Source of the DNA: Trichoplax sp. H2
Lineage: Eukaryota
Reading direction: 5' to 3'
Length of the DNA stretch: 64,000 nt
Assembly (NCBI GenBank): GCA_003344405.1
Contig: NOWV01000010.1
Span: 1 to 64,000 of the forward strand
Shown here piece by piece: positions 46,801 to 60,455 of the stretch (its first letter is position 1; each line of letters opens with the position of its first letter). The notes under the pieces were generated by a model. That model was not told the DNA's origin. It searched no databases and saw only the letters and a list, made by a program, of their open reading frames with translations. The position numbers were made by a program, and so were the translations under genes.

Positions 46801-47899
46801 CGTATCTGCACCGTATGCCTCAAAACAATGAAGATGGTAATTTGTCTATTCAGCTATTCCCTATTGAGTCCATTATAAAGTAATTACAAAGGATGGCAGA
46901 TTCGATTGTGTGCTAAATTACGTGTAACCTCAGATTTTCGAAGCTTAATTTTTTATCAAGAAAGTTACAATACAGATGAGATATCACAAGGGTAAACTAA
47001 GTAATAGGTAACTAAAATCCTTACTCTAACTGCCTGTAAGTTTCGACAATAAATAAAATGCTATTATTATTGCTTTGCTGAGACTAATTATTGTAACAAT
47101 ACTATTTTCGTCACGCAGAAAATATTTCAAAATTACTGTAAATTTTAATTTATTTTTATTACCTATCTTATGTCATCAATAATTGCCTTCTTAATTGGAT
47201 ATAAATTGATTGAACTAAAAAAGTTAAATAAACAATTGCTTCCTGCTGCGTTTTGTACCTCTATTGGACGCATTACAATGGTACGATCCTAAATAAATTA
47301 GCCATTAGCCATTACCCATCAAGGACTCTTCAGTTTTGCTTCTGTGGATAGACATCGCGAAAGAAATGAAACATGAGATTTATTATCACTTCTACTTGGT
47401 TTTTGAGAATAATCATTACGAGTCTGCTTATAGGTTCAATTCTTAACAATGGTAATAATCACCGTAAAATTACACGTAATTAAAGATTGAAACGAAAAAA
47501 TTTCAAGCATACCATTAGTTTCTCCTCTTCTTTTAATAGTATAGTCTACGAGTGTATATATATATATATAAATTTTTAATATCATTATTGAGTACTTAGA
47601 ACTTCAAGTTAATATTAAGCTTAGCTGGAAATTTCATTGTCTGGCCTCAGCGTACTTCGGTAATAGGCGTGGAACATAAGTCTAAATGATTACCTTTATA
47701 TTTACTGTAGTCCTACCCTTTATTAATAATTAATAGCAAACTTAACTGCACTGAAGTAATGGTGATACTAGTGGTACAATATTTCGATAAGAAATCTACT
47801 TCGTAACGCAAATTTTTATAGGCAATAAATAGAAAAATATGGTTATAAATCTTGCTTATTAACTATGTATTTCATGCCGATTCTTTTATTTAATATTAG

Positions 47900-50800
47900 T
47901 AATCTCCACACAAATTAAGAAAGAGAGGAAGACAGTTCTATTCGTTACTCTTAATAATTCAATCGATATTATATGTCCATTTCAAAGACATATTATTACA
48001 AGCTTTAATGATTGCCAGTATAGTTGGTTAAAGGAACATAATGATTCTTACGGAAAGAAACAACTCCCGGCAGACTTACTAGTGGGTTTCAATTCATTCG
48101 GTCAAAATTTGAATATTTCTTATGTGACGAAAGCAGATGAGGGCAACTACATTTGTACATGTAAATATCTTAATGCTAGTAGGACGGGTTTAGTTAATAT
48201 TTCCACTCTTGAGCTACACATTGGAGGTAAAGTCAAAAAAGTATTCTTAAGTCACAATTATAATTACTTATCAGTTATAAAATCTGTCGGAGGGACCTGA
48301 CTTCATACGTAATTTTAAATACCAAATTTAACTAGAGCCTCCAAAAAAAATTTTGCATGCCGACATTTCAACGAAGGGAATTACCACAACTGTTGCTTGG
48401 AATAAATCTAACCTGTGTCAGAAATTAAATGGTTATCGATTTCAGGTCAACTATACTGATGGGCAACGTTGGTACATTGGATGTAATAATACGACAAAAT
48501 GCTCTTGTATTATGAGCCGTCATATAATAATAACAAGTATAGAAATAGTAATTACTGCTACTAATAAGTTTGGATCAACATCAAGCGATGGATTTATTTA
48601 TTACATGGCGAATAATGGTATGTTATTTGCTAGAATGCTAAATAATGTAGCCTTACGATGTTCATGCTACCGTAAACCATAAATTTTTATGCATTTGCTA
48701 TATTTATAGACTTGCTCGAACGTAGCTTCTTAGTATGTCCGATAGTTTTTATTACTATATAATTCTGTAAGTGTTTTTGTAATAAAAATTTATCTGCGAT
48801 CCGTCTGAAGTACAAAAAATTCAAAACTCTAAATGAAATTATTCTTTTAGTAAAGTGTAAGATATCAGGCAATGCTTTCGACCTACTTAGTTCGCTATCA
48901 ACTTATAAATGGTAAACTTTGCTTTAAAGTTGTGCCGTATCCACCAAACGCTGTTATGGTGAACGCAGAATATAGATCTATTACAGTTCGTTGGAGAGCA
49001 CCACTAGGTTATACATCAATGCTACTTTACGAATTTATAGTATATAAACGACGTATTAAACCACTAGTTCTGATGGAAAAAGAATATAAGGTGAGTACTA
49101 AATTAATCGAATTAAAATTTGGGTATACATCAACATCCTTTAAGAAAAATTAGTAACTTAGACTATAAAAAATGTTCACTTTATAAACTACAGGATATTC
49201 AGATACTATTTTCCAATTTGATGAATCATGAATTATATGTAGTATTATCCGATATGCGTTACAATCTCGCCAGTTAATTATCGTCACATAAGATGTCGCA
49301 GTTTCATAATAGGATATAGTGCGTATCAATTATTATATTCTAGAAAAGTAATGCCTTATGAAAGAGAAATCTATGTACTGTATAAGTTTATATATCTTAG
49401 CCTGCAGTGATAACAGGTACGGATATATATGATACTTGGCGTCGTATTACTGTCTTGAAAATAAATCTGATCTTCTCAATAATCGTGATTTCAATAATTT
49501 TAACTTTGCGTACTTGCAGAATGTTGTTATTTCCGCTGACAATTTGGAAACGAGCTTTAAGCACACTTTCTTTGATTTGATACCTGGAGCAACCTATGAA
49601 TTTTATATTGTCAGCAAAACTCGTTATCAGGAAGTGAGCGAGCCAACAAGTAGAGTGAGAATAAGCTTACCTGAGGAAAGTAAGAGGCTTTATATTATTT
49701 ACTTCGTAAATTTTTTAAATAGACAACCTTGTCATTGTAATTTTTAAGGATGATAATTTCAACTATAATAGAAGGTACGGTATTATAATTGAAGTGTGTT
49801 ACATTTTTAGTATCATTTACTTTATTTATTATTATTAATACCATCAAAGGCGCGGATGATACCACATTTTGTAGTCATATTTTCTTGGTCCATCTTTCCC
49901 CGATAAAGGACGTAAAATGCATACTATCGTAATAAATTTAACAAAATCATTTTTGGCTTAACAAATTTGCCAAAAAATTTTACACTTTTATGAATTTATA
50001 ATAAACCGAATCGCTAGAGTTATTTATACTGGTTTAATTGCTTAAGATACATAGGTAGGGCTATTGCGTACTCTATGAGCTTTGATTTTGTTTGCAATGC
50101 TTAAATGGGAATTTCAAATGTGTTACCAAAGCAAATGTATACTGAACTCTATCAAGACTGGTGTTTACTACTCGAGAAGATAAATCTTTAGTCATATCAT
50201 ATTCCTATAATGGTGTTTTGCCTAAGAAATATTACAGATGAGGAAAGTCAGACTGGGAATATCTCGAAATTCAAATCACTAGACATTGTTATTCTTGAAT
50301 CGCTGACATTATGAGTATCGACCGGAAATTCATCACATACCTGCAATGTATATTTAATATAATTTCATGATTTTGTACGTACAGTACCGGTATACTGTAT
50401 AATAATAACCCAGCTGAGGTAAAATATAAGATAAGTAAAAAATTTTAAGGCCTTATACGCTTACAATCCAAACCATCATATCGTTGTGCGTCGCGAATAA
50501 TAAATTTTTGATGCGTTCCTACAGATTGTTTAAATCCGATTACCGCTGCTGTGAAATTAAACTTCGTTTCTGCACGCCATATTCAGATTAAATGATGTTT
50601 TCACGATAATCTTTTTGTGTAGTGAAATGAAATGCTTTTTTTGTCATACCGGTTGTATGCCATCATTAATCTGTAAAATCTTTGTTCATTAATTAGAACC
50701 GTATGCTGGACCTACAGATCTAAAATGTACTTGTTCAGAACCTGATCCAATGGGTAGACTTTGCTTTTGTCATTGGAAAGTTAGTGTAATCTAATTTTCA

Positions 50801-52646
50801 AAGAAACATTATTAATTGAAATCGAATTATTCCCCAAGTTATGCTCCGTTTTATAATATATATTCTAAGATTCAACATCTGATCAAGATAATCTATGATG
50901 CAAAATTCTTATGTGTGATTGTACAGTTTACGAGCAACGTTGAGTTACACGAAATAACAAATATGTAGTGCATATTATTTGCAACTTGGTGAGAGTTGCG
51001 ATTAACTGGAGAAAATCATAATTATAATTTCAGTTCTGTTAGTTCATTAAAATTAGATATCATGATTGCCATATATTCTAATCAATTTTTTACAGTTTAG
51101 TCAATTTTTTGAACAAATTATTGTTAAATTCTACAATGAAGAGACTTCTTAGCTTAATTACCGTCTTTCAACTGCCATAAAAAATTTTCTTATTTAGTTT
51201 ACTAATAGTAAACTTCGAGGTAGATTATTTGATTGCTAAAATTGTAGGTTATACAATGGATATTGTAAATTTGGCTAATTGTAATTTATGATGATGCGTG
51301 ATCTTAAATTTTAGTCAATTGATCCGTGGCTAGCCTACGGTGTTATAGTGGAATATGATTTATATTACATCGTGGCCTCAGAGGATTTGGAGAATAGAAC
51401 AGCAAATAAAATATCAGCTATGGGCAATATAACTACTGTTGAATTAAGAAATCTTTCTTCAGAGGTTTCGTACACTGTAACAGTTGTGGGTAGAAATAAG
51501 GCTGGTAGTAGCGTTAGTAGCAAACCTTTCACCATTCAGCGGATTCCAAACACTAAGAAGGATTTTTCTGGTAGAGCATCATTTACATACTTTCTTAAGA
51601 ATTGTACTTAAAAGAGAATTGATTAGTAATTATTAAAATTGTTAATAAGTTTGTATTGCAGCTGAGCGTTGATCAAACAAGGTTACTCCTCTGATAAATT
51701 ATTGACTGTGTCACGTGTATTAAACTTTAAATAGGTACCCCTCCGACTACAATCCTCATTATTATACTGGTGGTATCTGTTCTTGTTGTTTCTGCTATAT
51801 TAATTCTGGCCGTTGCATTTTTTTATAGGGCGATAACATACAGGTATTGATACGCACCAATCTAATGTACGAATAATTAAGTCTGCAAAGCTTGCAGTAA
51901 ACTAAGAAAAATACTTACAAAATTAAAGAAAGTTATCTAATATATGAGTTAGAATTTTAAATGATTAAGAGTTGATAATTCACTAACTTTTTTTTAATTA
52001 ATTTATTTAATAGACTGACAAGCAAGGCCAATGAAGATGATCGTGATTCATTGATGTATGTATTTGCCGTATAGAATCTAATAGTAGATTCGTGTTCAAT
52101 GAATATGATCATGATACTAAGATGTTAATGTAGATGTAATTCTGTGCTTAGAAGTTGTTAACCATAAATACTGACTCATTATACTGTAATGCAACATCAA
52201 AAAGAACGTTACATAATTGATAGTAAATGATATTTTATGATTTGAGTAGCGATAGAAATTTGTGCATAAATTTAAATCAAAGTATTTATATACTACCAGA
52301 ACTCACTCTGTCTGTTTGGATTTAGGAAAGAAACGGATTCAGTGCAATCACTGGCAGAGGTTAGGAAAAGCAATAGCTAGATAATAGTTTTATTTAGCCT
52401 CATGTATTTGTACTTGGTTGTTAGCATCTAATTTTAAATATAATGCGCTTTAAATTTTAGTCACACATATATGAGCAAATATCGTTCAGGGGTTCTACAT
52501 CTATAATTCACGTCAATCAGGCCGAAGTGAATAAGCAAGAAGAAGATGGAATGCAAGATAACAGACTTTCAATGTCGACAATTGACAGCTGTCCATATTC
52601 TAGCGTAATTATTGCCTCAGGTTATCACGAAAGCGATGATTGTTAA
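47900..52646 (+). CDS. Single-pass receptor B: Ig + 3 FN3-type domains + TM + tail, paralogue of receptor A; signal-peptide exon not identified
   Basis: Exons: Ig 47900-48227 (IIC..YSW..DEGNYIC), ~48336-48617, ~48930-49090, ~49521-49679, ~50698-50779, 51315-51570, TM ~51734-51843 (ILIIILVVSVLVVSAILILAVAFFY), 52014-52055, 52326-52359, 52461-52646 ending ESDDC*. Confidence 0.82.
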
Positions 52647-54209
52647 ACTAATTCGGCTTCCTATTAAGAACTTTTAACGGTAATTGTGTTCTATTTTGTA
52701 AACTATTATGATTATTAAGATAGTAGTAAACTATAATACAGCTCTGAACTATCATTCTACGTACGCTAGTTAAGGGAATTTAGAGTAAAATCTTTAAAAT
52801 AACCTATTAATAGACGGAGTTGAAAAAACAAGCGGTAACCAGCTTGGCTTATTGTTTATATTTAAAAGGATACAAAATATTATATCTGTACATTTATCGT
52901 TTTCAACCAAAAATTTTGATCAACTTGTAGTATACCAATTACTCTAAAGGACATCTACAAGGCTTTAGAAAAATAACTTGCTGCCAAAGATTTAAATACA
53001 TACTACTAATTAATGATTTTTCTTTGTGCTTACATATTTGATACACTATACTAATTGCAAACGCCAAAAGTTGCAAGCTACTAAAGGTGCTAATCATTTT
53101 ATGTACTGGTGCTATGATAATGCTTTGTCACATTTTAACACTAATGTTATTCACATTTGCAATAGACGTTTCGCTTATACATGTAATATTAACGCAAATA
53201 AATAAAAGTGATCTAAAAACGGAGTATAGAAATAAAGTAATGATTATATCATTATCCCCATTGAAGTATTTTCAACATGATAAAATAGTTACAAATTTCG
53301 TACTAAACTGTCAAAAATTTATATTTTGGAATTGAAAAGTTTTAAATTTAAATTTAAACTTATATTGCTAAAAAATTGGAAATTTTACTATAATCAATTA
53401 TTGTACTTGGGCTTGCTTAGATTAGACTCGATAATTAATATTCTTAAGAGCATCATTTTAATATTAGGATATAGTAAATCAGAGTTAGGAGTATTTTGCT
53501 TCTGAAGAGAAACGTTGCAGTTTAGGAATAACTATGATTACGATACACTGGGTACAGTTTAATTAATTTAATACCGTCAATTTAATATCTTCTATAGCAA
53601 CGAGTACTGTAAATAGTATGACATTATTATATGTAATATTACTGTTCAATAGCAATTTAAGGAAGAATTTTGCTTTTCTGAACTGGAATTATAAGCCGAA
53701 GTTTTAAAAGTTTATCACTTTAATATAAAGTGAAATTTTTAATCAAAAATGTTCATAATAAGGCTATCACTTAAACGTATTTCTTACAAACGATATTACC
53801 TACTATATAGATAATTTTGTGTAATACTACGCATAATTATTTTTTGGATATTTTTATACCAGATAGATTAAGCTAACTTGGTATACGCTTACAAGTCAGA
53901 AATGATTCTTAAGATAAGAGTATGATGTCATGCTGCACGATAGCATATGTCTTCTAAAGATACGTTTATCAGCTCAAAAACCGTCTGACTATCAGGTCTA
54001 GATATTCTGATGTGGAAAAATTATGTAGAAGCGATCAATACCATAAATAGAAATTGCTAAATCTTGTTTTGGCGAAATAACAAACGTTACAGTAGAATAA
54101 TGGATTTATTTATGATATTCACTGATTTAACTATCATATCGATAACCGAGAATATAATATAGAGCTTCGTAATTAAAATGTTTATGAAAACTGTTAGGGA
54201 GAAAATCAT

Positions 54210-57200
54210 TCAGTCATTAACATGAGAAATATTGTGAACACGTCTACGACTTGAACTCCATCGACGTTTCGGTAAGTCTGGCGACGATAGTCGAGGAGAA
54301 GATGGAGTGGAAATTTTTTGCAAGGTAGTTTCAGAATTATCTGGTGTCGTATGGTGAAGATTATTGGCGGCTTTTGGCGAATTTAACTTTAACAGGTCAA
54401 TTTTGAACCCTTTCTTCAATGTTTCGCGATCTATGGGTGCAACAATGTCAGGAATATTGTTCTTATTCTGAAATCCTGTAGGTGATAAGGGGGATGAAGT
54501 TTCAGATTTTGTTTTGTCGATTGGAATTGTAGCATAATGCCCGTTTATATCAGTTGAATCCTTCAACGAAGTTTCGAGATAGCCATCTTCTTCACTGTAA
54601 TCCGAGTTTTCGATTTTCTGCTATTAAAAGTTCGTAAATTTTGTAATTACTGTAAGACGATACTAAAGCAATAGATAGGATAGTGAACACCATTTACTGT
54701 ACTTGCTTACCATTTTGGATTGAACAACGCAATCGCACTGCTTTGCGTTTTCCTCATCATTGATAATATCTTTCGATATCCTTGTTTCAGGTAAGATATC
54801 AGGTGCGATACTACCATTGTTCTCAGATTGTAAAGTATTTGAGAAATTCTCCTTAACTTCATCATTTATAGCAGATTTTACTACAATAGCATAAACAGGG
54901 TCATTAGTGTTTTTGGTATCGCATTTCGTTTTTAATTTATTTTTTAGTATTATAGATGGTTGATCCATAAAAGAATTTTTCTCTCTTAAATTTGATTTGA
55001 GATTACTTTGCACTAAAGTGTCTTCATTATTAGCTTTAGTTCCTATCTCTGGACATTGACGAGTAGCCAATTTCTCGTTTCGAAGGTGATTTATACGTTC
55101 GTATTTGTCCTTAATACTCGTCGATCGCCGTATTGTAACTCCTAGCGTTGCCACGTTTTCAACTGCTGACTGGACAGTATCAAGAGTTTTAATCGAAGAT
55201 TTTGCACCAACGCTACAGTATAGCTCTTTGTGTTCAGCGTTTAAACCTTCGCCAGGATTATTAACTATTTTTTTTTTAGTAGTTTTATTTTCAGAATCTA
55301 ACGGAATATGGGTGCCTGCTCGTCCTGAAATGTTTGGCTTTATTCGCAATGATGACGTACTATTTGTTCCATGCTTAATTCGAGACGTGTTAGTGGTACT
55401 CTTATATTCAATTGGCAGAGTACGAGTAGTGTTTGACTTCTTTACCCGCGCGTAAGTATGGTCTTCGCTATGATAGTGAGATCTACTTTCTAAGCTTGAA
55501 ACAGTATTTTCTTGTAAATTTATCTTGCTAGATTTTTGCATATGCATATCCCGGACTAAAATAATAGAAAATTTAAATTTTAAGCGTACAGTACAATTAT
55601 GTTCTATATTGAGTAAAGCAAATTGCATAGTGCATTTATAGATCATTCCATTTAACATCAGCTAATAAAGTAATTGAGTATACTATACGATTCTACTGTT
55701 ATCATTAAGCAATGTTTGATATTACTTAAATAAAGTTCCTTTTTCTGTAGATGTTTCCACAGCTTCATTCCGATAATGCATATAAAGCTTAGTAGAACTA
55801 TGCCGGCAACAGAGAATCCAACACCCATACCGATAATAGAAGGCCGAATTCCAGGCATGCTGGTTATAGGTGACGTTATTGATTTCGCTGTTATGGGTGT
55901 AGTAGGCGAAGTCATAATCCGTGTTGATGTCGATTGACTTTGCATTCCTAAAACAATTAATTATTACGAGTAAAAGAATTAACATATTTATGAGCTTACG
56001 GCAACTTGTCAAAATTTAGTTGTAGCTATTGATAACTACGCAGATCATACTTGTCGATACATGAATCGTTGGACTTGGTTTGCTATTTCCGTAACTATCC
56101 GTTGTTGTGACATATATTTGATACACCTCATCAGTCGATAAATTGGTCAAGTTTGTTGAAATACCGCCATGATCGACAATTTTTTTCATGTAGCGAATTG
56201 AATTAATAGTTCTGTAGTGAACTAAATAATGCAATAAAACACCATCAAACCTTGCTCTAGACCAGCGGACGAATAGTATTGTTTCTGTAACTGCATCTGC
56301 AGTTACAGTTTCTGGAGGCATGGGTAAACCTTTGAATTAGAAGTAAGTAAGATATTTAATTAAATGAGCTACAAACTTACTAGTTTCCAACCTGCATATC
56401 ATCTATGAGTATTAAATCGTTTCTAATTTGTTCATAGAGATGTTTTACATCGCATGATAGAGTTTATATAACATTCGCACATTAACCTTTAGTTTTTTTA
56501 AGCAGCCAACTGCTGTAAATAACGCCGACAACATTAATAGCTGCAATTCGACATTGATATAGAGTCCGTTCTTCTAAATAGCGGACTGTCGCCTTTGTAT
56601 TGTTAAACTTTTTAACATCACTTTTGTAACAACTGTTGCATGTTGAAGTGATTACAACATCAGATGTTGTGTAGCATTCAGCATAATAAGTTATTGCAGA
56701 CAGATTATATCCACCATTATATGATACATCGTCCCAGAAGACAGTTATGTTGGTCATATTACTATCAATGTTTCGGATTTTCGGCTGATTGGGAAATCCT
56801 GAAAATTAATGTAAAAGAAATTGAATGAATGGTGTCATTGTCTGAGAGTCAGAAAGTTTCACTGTTACTACGGTATCATTCAGCGATCTTTTACTGAAAT
56901 ATCGTTTCAAATTAATGCACTACTGATATAACGGCATATAGAGTACTGGAATATTATAACGGTAAATATTAACAAGACCTTTAGTAGCAATTATAAAGAT
57001 GTCGCTATAGCTACTTCCATAAGTGTTGGTGAATTGAAGCTGAAAGTCATAGCTAGTATTTATTGCTAGATTTCTAATGAACGTTTCCTGTACGCCTATT
57101 ATGGAAGCTTTCTCAACCATCGGTTGTATTGCCCGAAATCGCAGATCATGACTTGGCTTATATCTTATAAGATACTTTACGGGCAGGACAGGATCAGACA

Positions 57201-60200
57201 CAGGTTTAATCCAAACAATTTGAGATGAGTTTGAAGTTGTTATTGCTCTAATAATTTTGGGTTTACTTGGCTTATCTGGAAAACATTTGCGATTATATTT
57301 GTATACAATCAACTAATGAGAACAACAATTTACTACTTAACGAACGTTTACAAAAATTAGATATTAGTTTAGCCTAACCTTTCGTTTTGATTAAAACTAT
57401 CTTACTGTTGTTACTCTCACCAAAGTCATTTACGGCAGTAACCCATATATAATAGATCGATCTTGGATAGAGATCTTTAATGATGCAATTATTAATCAAA
57501 CATAATACTTTTCTTGTAAGCCATTCTGTATTATTATTTTTAAGTTGATAATAGACTAGAAAATGGAATGATTTAGTTATTCCTTGATATCCAGGAAGAA
57601 AAGTGACCAGGCAACTCCTATTTGTAACATCATTCACGGTTATATCGCTAACTGTTTCCGGGGGAGCTTCAGCATTTTAAAGGAAAAAAATATCAAAATT
57701 ATAAACATTGAAGTCATGGTATTTTTCATTTACGCAGTTAGCACAAAATCTTGTTAAATGTGTCCTATGTTAAGTAAATCATGAAGTATTAACAAAAATG
57801 TGATGCGTAAGAACCTGCGATGATGATTGTTATATTCTTTCGAAGTTTGCCATGCTTGTTTACCGCTAGACAAAAATAAGTACCAGTATTTTGCAAACGT
57901 AGCTTTGTCAATACCAATCCGTGAGGACTTTTACCAGCTGATATTATTTTCGGCTTTTCTCTTGAGTTACGATACATTAAGTAAACTTCTGGACTAGGCA
58001 TACCATTCGCGTTACAAGATAAACTAAAATTACTGTACCGCTGTATTATATAAGGACTATGACCATTAGGAATCATTCGCATAGAATTTGGTGCACCTTC
58101 ATTAAAAGCGTATCGTTATGCTACATTATTATCCAATTGAAATATTTGCTACTTGTGATATTTTACGATACCTTCTACTTGTATCCAGAACTTCTTAACA
58201 TAACGCGTATTATTATATATCCGTAGAGTAACAGAAAATTCGTAGCTTCCAGTAAATTCGAATGTTGCCGATGGGAATGACAGAACGTCGATTCCACTAC
58301 CTTGTTCAGATGTACGACAAATACTCTGGATTGGATCGGCTATTTCACTGGTATGCTTGAAATCAGTGGTACAGTTATAAGCCACTCTTTTGCCATTGTA
58401 GTACCAGTCCGAGGTCGTAGCGAATCTTTCTATATAAGTCAGATTTGCAGTAACATTTGTGAGCTGCCCTGCAAGTACTGTTTGATTTATTGGATAAACT
58501 GTAATATCATCCACCGAGTATAGTTCTAAACACAAAATAAATAAGAAATTCATTGGTATTATGCGATAATATGCTGTGGTCAGGGACTGATACTCTTGTA
58601 GTGGTATTATAGTACAAAATGATTTATTGCAAGGTGACTCTTCAACTATGCCGCTCGTCAGTAGTAGTCTTAAGGAATTCACAATACTTCCAATATAATA
58701 ACCAGAAGTAGCTACGTATACCGTAAACAAACCTGAATCACAAAAGATGCCAGTATATCCAACATCATCACAAACGCACTTAAAGTCTGGTACAATGTTT
58801 TTACATACGCCGTGGATGCATGGGCTACTTGAGCATGGATTTATTGCTAATATACAACCATTGATTTACATAGGAAAATTTCAAATTACATTATAATAAT
58901 ATATATTTATCTTTTGGAGAATAATGATAGCCCAACAAGTAATTTAATAGTCTGTTATCTAATAATCACCTATTTCACATAAAGCACCCGTTCTTGTTAT
59001 AGGGCAATTACAAGTCACATTGTTAAATTTTCCTGGAATACAAGTGGCTGTGGAGTGACATGGAGAACTAATGCAAGGATCGGCTATCGTGTTGAAAAAA
59101 TACGTAGTAAAATCAAAGAAAGTTATTTAGTTAGATACAGGAAGTGAATCTCCGAACGTTTGAGTGTCTCTAGTACTGATACGTGATGTCAACTACCGTA
59201 TTATATGGTTTTGTGATAAGAACATGAGAAAATATGCACGAAAGAAACACATCAGAATATAGTAGTAGATATTCGCAATTACAGAATATTGAAGCCTTAA
59301 GATTTAGCTTGCATATGAACATTATCTTGTCGCTCGTAACCAAACTGCAATCATTAGCTTAAAATAATTTATCGCCATTTTGCAAAAACCGTAAATCAGA
59401 GTAATTACCTAGCTCACATATATCTCCAAAATAACCTTTTTCACATTCACAAGTATAAGGACGCTGTACATTAGTTTCTTTGGTACTGCAGATCCCTCTT
59501 TGAAGACAACTGCCTGAATTGCAGTGTAGTATATCTAACAGTAGATTTTTATTAATTTTAAAGTACCCTGAAATAAGGAACCTTCGATTGCAATTTTATG
59601 CTAAATATAAGGAACAAAAATTAAATTTAAAATTATAGCTTAAAAGCTAATGATATAGGATGAGCCACCGGATTTTTAAGCGCTTACAAGGCATTTTGTA
59701 TTTTTCATTAGAGAAAAACACTTAAATACTTTCGCAAAAAGATCATTTATATAGGGCATAAATAAAGCTGAAATACTGTAATGATAATGTATTCTATTAA
59801 TGCCAGATACATCATAGAGGTTATTACCAGTATCAGCTCGAATACAAGTGTCTGAATTTAAAATATTTTCTTAGTATAACTCCCGAAAATGGACTTTCTT
59901 ACCGATATCGCATGTCAATCCCGTCCAATTTGGTGGGCAAATACATAAAAATTCAGACGCATTGTTTGTATTAATACAAGTAGCATTAGTATGAGCGCAA
60001 GGTCTCGAATCACAACTTGTTGATTCACCTACTTTGAAAAAAATACATGAGATGGTTACTGATACTCATAGTTATGTCTCGTTCGTTTCTCTTTATCAGC
60101 TGCTAAAAATATCTATATAATATACTTAGCGTAACGCAAACACATATGTACTGCATATACAGAGTTTTTATTGTATAATGCAGATTAAGTAACCATGAAA

Positions 60201-60455
60201 GTTATCTTGATAATTAAAACTTTACGACAGATAATAATCATGGTAATAACTTGATACTATACGAAGAATTATAATACATATTACGACATTAGTTCTCATA
60301 ATAAGCTTGGTGATCATAAATTTCAATAATTTGTAGATCTTACAAATATAGATAATTTACTCACATTTCATGAATATTGCGAACGTAGCAATGATGATAC
60401 AAAAGAAGCTGCTTTTTGCTGTAAACATTACACTTGACTTCGTGAGAATGTTCAT
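54210..60455 (-). CDS. Single-pass receptor C: signal peptide, 4 EGF, 2 Ig, 4 FN3, S/T/P-rich stalk, TM, ~400-aa low-complexity cytoplasmic tail with no kinase domain
   Basis: Leader exon 60455-60365 (MNILTK...FFCIIIATFAIFMK); four 6-Cys EGF exons at 60028-59903, 59534-59409, 59083-58970 and 58846-58733; Ig exons ~58524-58172 and ~58097-57815 (LSCNANGMPSP..NTGTYFC); FN3 exons ~57668-57379, ~57276-56979, ~56798-56488, ~56328-56050; TM IIGMGVGFSVAGIVLLSFICIIGM; tail exons ~55555-54710 and ~54620-54210. Confidence 0.88.

Noticed and set aside
55105-55455. 116-aa plus-strand ORF (likewise 4661-4867, 2672-2863, 58302-58523, 21421-21606, 37714-37896)
   Set aside because: Antisense shadows of real exons on the other strand.
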